DNA of 61,731 bases, taken from NCBI RefSeq assembly GCF_001194135.2, contig NC_068982.1, positions 121,944,550-122,006,280 of the forward strand, read 5' to 3'. The position numbers and the translations under genes are program-made. This stretch comes from Octopus bimaculoides (taxonomy: Eukaryota). Below are positions 57,428 to 61,731 of this stretch, piece by piece. How positions within the stretch are numbered: the first letter of the stretch is position 1; each line of letters starts with the position of its first letter. A model generated the notes under the pieces. The model had not been told where the DNA came from. It ran no database searches and saw only the letters and a program-made list of their open reading frames with translations.

Positions 57428-59223
57428 GAGTCAACTGCTACAAAGGTAAAGGTGATGCCTTAGATAGAAATAATTACAGAGGTATCAGATCGTTGGATCA
57501 GGTGATGAACATTACAGAGAGAGTCATAGCCCAAGTAATTAGGGAGAGAGTCAGTCTAGATGAGATGCAGTTTGGTTTTGTGCCAGACTGAAGCACCACT
57601 GATACTATATTTCTGGTAAGGCAGCTGCAGGAGAAATACCTAGCCAAAAATAAACCTCTGTACTTGGCTTTTGTTGACTTGGAGAAAGCCTTTGGCAGGG
57701 TCCCCCAGTCCCTTATCTGGTGGCCAATATAGAAACTAGGGATAGATGAGTGGTTGGTGAGAGCTGTACAACCCCTATATAGGGACACTATCAGTAAGGT
57801 GAGGGTTGGCAACTAGTACAGCAAAGAATTCAGGGTACAAGTAGGGGTTCACCAAGGATCAGTCCTCAGCCCCCACTTATTCATCATAGGCCTCCAGGCA
57901 ATGACAAAGGAATTTAACACAGGCTGCCCCTGGGAACTGCTCTATACTGATGACCTTGCTCTTATAGCTGAATCACTACCTGAACTAGAAAAGTTCCCGG
58001 CATCGAAGCAAGGTCTAGAATCGAAGGGCCTTATAGTTAACCTAGGAAAAACCAAAGTCTTAGTAAGTAGGAAGGTAGACAAATCACAAATCCCTTCAGG
58101 TAGACAACCCTGCTCGATCTGTAGAAAAGGCATAGGTAGAAACTCCATAAGATGCACCCAGTGTAAGCTTTGGATACATGAGAGGTGCAGCAATATCAGA
58201 GGAAGATTAACAGGGAAAATAGCTTTTCTGTGTGGAAGATGCACAGGTACAATGAACACTAAAAATGTACAGAAAATAAACTCCATCAACTGCCAGTGGT
58301 GTAAGCTAGAGGTAGTGGATAGCTTCCGTTATATAGGTGACCAAGTTAGTAGTGGAGGTGGATGTTCCGAGATCGTATCTGTAAAAATAAGAATAGGCTG
58401 GACAAAGTACAGAGAGCTCCTCCCTCTGCTGACAACAAAGGGCCTCTCACTCAGAGTGAAAGGCAGATTGTATGATACCTGTATGCAAGCAGCTATACTA
58501 CATGGCAGTGCAACATGGGCTGTGACAGCTGAGGACATGCATAGGCTTGGGAGAAATGAAGCCAGTATGTGCAATGTCAGTGTGCATGTTTGACAGAGTG
58601 TAAGCATCTTGAGAGAAAAGTTAGGTATGAGAGGCACCAGATGTGGTGCTCAAGAGACGATTGTGCCGATATGGTCATGTGATGCATATAGATGAGGACA
58701 GTAGTGTAAAGAAGTGCTGATCTCTAGCTGTGGAGGGAGCCTGTGTTAGAGGTAGACCCAGGAACACATGGGACAAGGTGGTGAAGCATGATCTTCGAAC
58801 TTTGGGCCTCACAGAGGCAATTACTAGTGACAGACCTTTGACAATATGCTGTACTTGAGAAGACTTGCCAAGTGAAGTTATAGTCGTAGCAGATGATGGT
58901 GATACATAATTGGCATCCATGCTGGTGGCACGTAAACAGTATCTTTTGTGTGTTGGGTCTCACGGAGACTATGACCAAGACCTTTGGCATTATGCTATGC
59001 TTGAAAAGACCCATCAAGCCGAGTAAAATCACAGTCGTGACAGACACCGGTGTCATGCAAATGGCATCCATTACACTCTCAGAGTGCTTGTTGTTAAGAA
59101 GGACATCCAGCTGTAGAAACCATGCCAAATCAGACTGGAGTCTGGTACAGCCTTCCAGCTTGCCAGTCCTTGTCAAACTGTCCAACCCATACCAGCATGG
59201 ACAATGGATGTTAAATGATGATG
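57428..59223 (+). mobile_element. 5'-truncated, inactivated RTE-clade LINE (RT domain with PHD-like insert, C-terminus, 3'UTR, (GAT)n tail)
   Basis: KGKGDALDRNNYRGI, QFGFVP, AFVDLEKAF, GVHQGSVLSP, LLYTDD motifs; several in-frame stops and frameshifts; tail ...aacccataccagcatgg...gttaaatgatgatg. Confidence 0.93.
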
Positions 59224-59319
59224 TTGAAACAGTAACTACCTTGAATAGAAACAGTGCCTGGTTGGACAATTTAATTATTTCTGTCAACTGAGAAGTATCA
59301 CCACTGTATCTGTTAGAAT

Positions 59320-59760
59320 TTGAAATTGCATTTCTCCTATGCATGCTGGTTTTGGGAAACTGCAAAATACTCTTCTGTTGTGATAAAATCAACACATGCA
59401 CAACTGTTCCCACAACTCTCTTGCATGTGAAACTTGGATGTTTTTACAAAAAAAATATAGAGAAGTTGGAATGCTTCCATCAGATAAAGCTATAAACCAT
59501 CTTGGGCATTTGTTGGCAAGACCATGTAAAAGATAATGATATTCTTAACAGAATCAGATTAAAAACCATTAGGCTGGGGTGTTACATCACAGGTTTGATG
59601 GGTTAATCACACTCAAAAATGAAAATACTTATGTGTAGAGAATTGTAAGAGGGAACACATCCAGTCAGAGTTCCAAGACAGTAATACAAAGATCAGCCAA
59701 AACAAGCATCCAAAATCTTTAATATTACTACTTCCTCCTTGACTGTTGAGGTAATTGTGT
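59320..59760 (+). mobile_element. Degenerate RTE (BovB-like) LINE fragment of a second family
   Basis: Decayed peptide resembling KLE.FHQ..L..ILGI.WQDHV.N.DIL...EL.EG.HP. Confidence 0.6.
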
Positions 59761-61462
59761 GCTCTGGATGAAAAAGTTCTACATTAGATACAAATTCTTT
59801 GAAAGTAATCGGAAACATGAGATCAAACAAAAGAAGCTGATTTGCAACAAAGACTCTAAAAGCCACCTACACCCCAGTATCCATGCCATCATTGTCAGAA
59901 TTCTTTAAGGGCTAAAATAGGCTTATAAAGACATTGCGAAACACCTAAATTCATGGAACTGAATTCTTGGTAATTGCTGGTCATTTGTCCAGTTGGTCAT
60001 TAAGCATGTGGGTGCAAGCACACACATACACACACACACACACACGGTACATGAGATAGTAATTGAAGGAAAGCAGAGTCAATTCATAATATAATTATAA
60101 ATTCATAGTAATGCTTTTAATTTTGGTATGAAAAATACATCAATTATTGATAAGTGGATATAGAGTAGATATTTGAAATTATAAAAAAATTGTGATAATA
60201 GGCAAGTTAGCTTGATTCCCAACTGGTCCCAAGAGGAGTTTGAAGTGTTTTCCAGATAGATAGTTCACCCTAATTTATTGCTACTTCATTGGATTCATAA
60301 AGCACATGGGCACACACAATTTAATCATAGCATTCCGGAATACTTCAGGACATGCCAATCCCTTTATTACAGGGTAACTCTTTTGATACTAATTGAAAGA
60401 AAGGGTTAGTAAGTGCAGCAAACAGTTGTAATTAAAAGTATGCTGGATCAGATTCTTCCATATTACCCTAATTACAAAATACTGCTTGAGACATTTGAAT
60501 ATAGGTCTTTGTTCTACTGACTAGTGTTAAGAGGATCGACTAACTTAGATATTTATATGTGATATTGCTATTTTTATTATGGTGTTGCATACGTTTTACA
60601 TTCATACATATGGAAGAGACTCTTTTTGTCTTGTTAGTTACTTGGTGACCTCACTTGTGTTAGTGCCATGAAAAAAGTGCTCAGTACATTCTGTAAAGTG
60701 GTTAGTGTTAGAAAGGGAATGCGTATCTAGCTGTAGAGACCATTCCAAAGCAGACATTAAAGTTCAATGCAGTTTTCTGGCTTGTTGGATCCTGTTGAAC
60801 TGTCCAACCCCTGCTGGCAGATATAAAATCAGGATGATCAACTTGCACTCAGTGACCTGAATAAAACAGAAGTTTGGCTACAATGCTTTACCACTATGAG
60901 TGTAAAAATATTTTAGGCACTAATAGGTGTAGGTGTGGCTGTGAGGTTAACAATCTTGTTTCCCAACCATGTGGTCTTGAGTTCAGTTTCACTGCACAAC
61001 AACTTGGGTAAATGCCTTCTACTATAGTTCCAAGCTGACCAAAACCTTAGTGAATTTGGTAGACAAACTGGAAGAAGCTTATATGTGCATGTGTGTGTTT
61101 GTATGCATCTTTGTCAAGATATGCAATAGCTTTAAATGAGCATCTTTATCATAAAAGCAAGGTTGTCCATTTCCAGTGTTGCATGAGAAACATCTAGCTA
61201 TGGGAAAATATTACCTTGTTTAGAAACAGTTGAGGGTTGGTGAGAGGAAGGTCTTCTGATTGCAGAAAATCTGCCTCAGCAAATTCCATCTGACCATGGC
61301 AAGCATGGAAAAGCGAACTTTAAATGATGATGATGATGACTAATGATGCTAAACAAATAACATTTTATTTCCATCAAAAGTAAGTATGATGGCTGTAGGA
61401 AAAGATTTTGTTATAATAAAACTCTTGGCAATCAAAGAAATGAATTTTAGCCATATAAGATC

Positions 61463-61731
61463 TGTTATGTTTCCCTCGGGTGACTCGTAGAGATAACATA
61501 ACGAGTTATACAATTTAATTATTACATTTATTGTTCAATTACATACAAAGAACGCACTCACCCAATGTTCGTTATGAATAAACAAAAGTCATGTCCGCCA
61601 TATATATATCAATGACATTTTACTACGACAGTCCCACAAGACAACAACAATGAAACAATGAACTCAGACGAACCACATGACACACGGAACGTCAGACGAA
61701 TTACATATCTAACAGTCCATATAACAAGATC
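61463..61731 (-). mobile_element. Probable 3' part of an LTR (continues beyond the window)
   Basis: Minus strand shows TATA-like tatatata, then AATAAA, then a terminal ...ACATAACA; CpG-richer than the flank. Confidence 0.4.

Noticed and set aside
3383-59413. Most short ORFs in the supplied track (HHHH/MMMM/YIYI-rich and repeat-derived)
   Set aside because: They are translations of RTE tails, SINEs, microsatellites or antisense of exons, with no splice or homology support.
1-61731. CRISPR arrays, rRNA, snRNA or convincing snoRNA genes
   Set aside because: None recognised; UGAUGA boxes are explained by (GAT)n repeat tails.

Overview
AT-rich, repeat-dense animal genomic DNA, inferred to be octopus from its repeat families; it has four N-gaps. 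Three protein-coding genes are supported. (1) MED14 (Mediator subunit 14) is on the minus strand. I reconstructed 32 phase-consistent coding exons by hand, from the ATG at 38786 down to 1638 (3096 nt, 1032 aa), and the gene continues beyond position 1. A probable non-coding first exon lies near 41313. (2) An uncharacterised ~285-aa gene is on the plus strand, head-to-head with MED14 (exons ~41420-41473, 46047-46301, 48917-49517). Its start codon appears to be split by an intron (AT|G). (3) The first coding exon of TOP3B is on the plus strand (53671-53904). The rest of the window is RTE LINE copies and their 3'-tail fragments, tRNA-derived SINEs, mariner and pogo relics, a TIR element with an 8-bp TSD, a Helitron-like element, a probable LTR end and microsatellites. 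The most notable observations are: a structurally complete type I hammerhead ribozyme fold in sense orientation inside a MED14 intron (35646-35744); two U12-type introns in MED14, one canonical and one with a degenerate 5' splice site; a compact bidirectional promoter with a perfect CTCF motif; and several long intronic hairpins or inverted repeats that are candidate dsRNA/ADAR substrates. All calls come from reading the sequence by eye; no database searches were run, and repeat boundaries are approximate.
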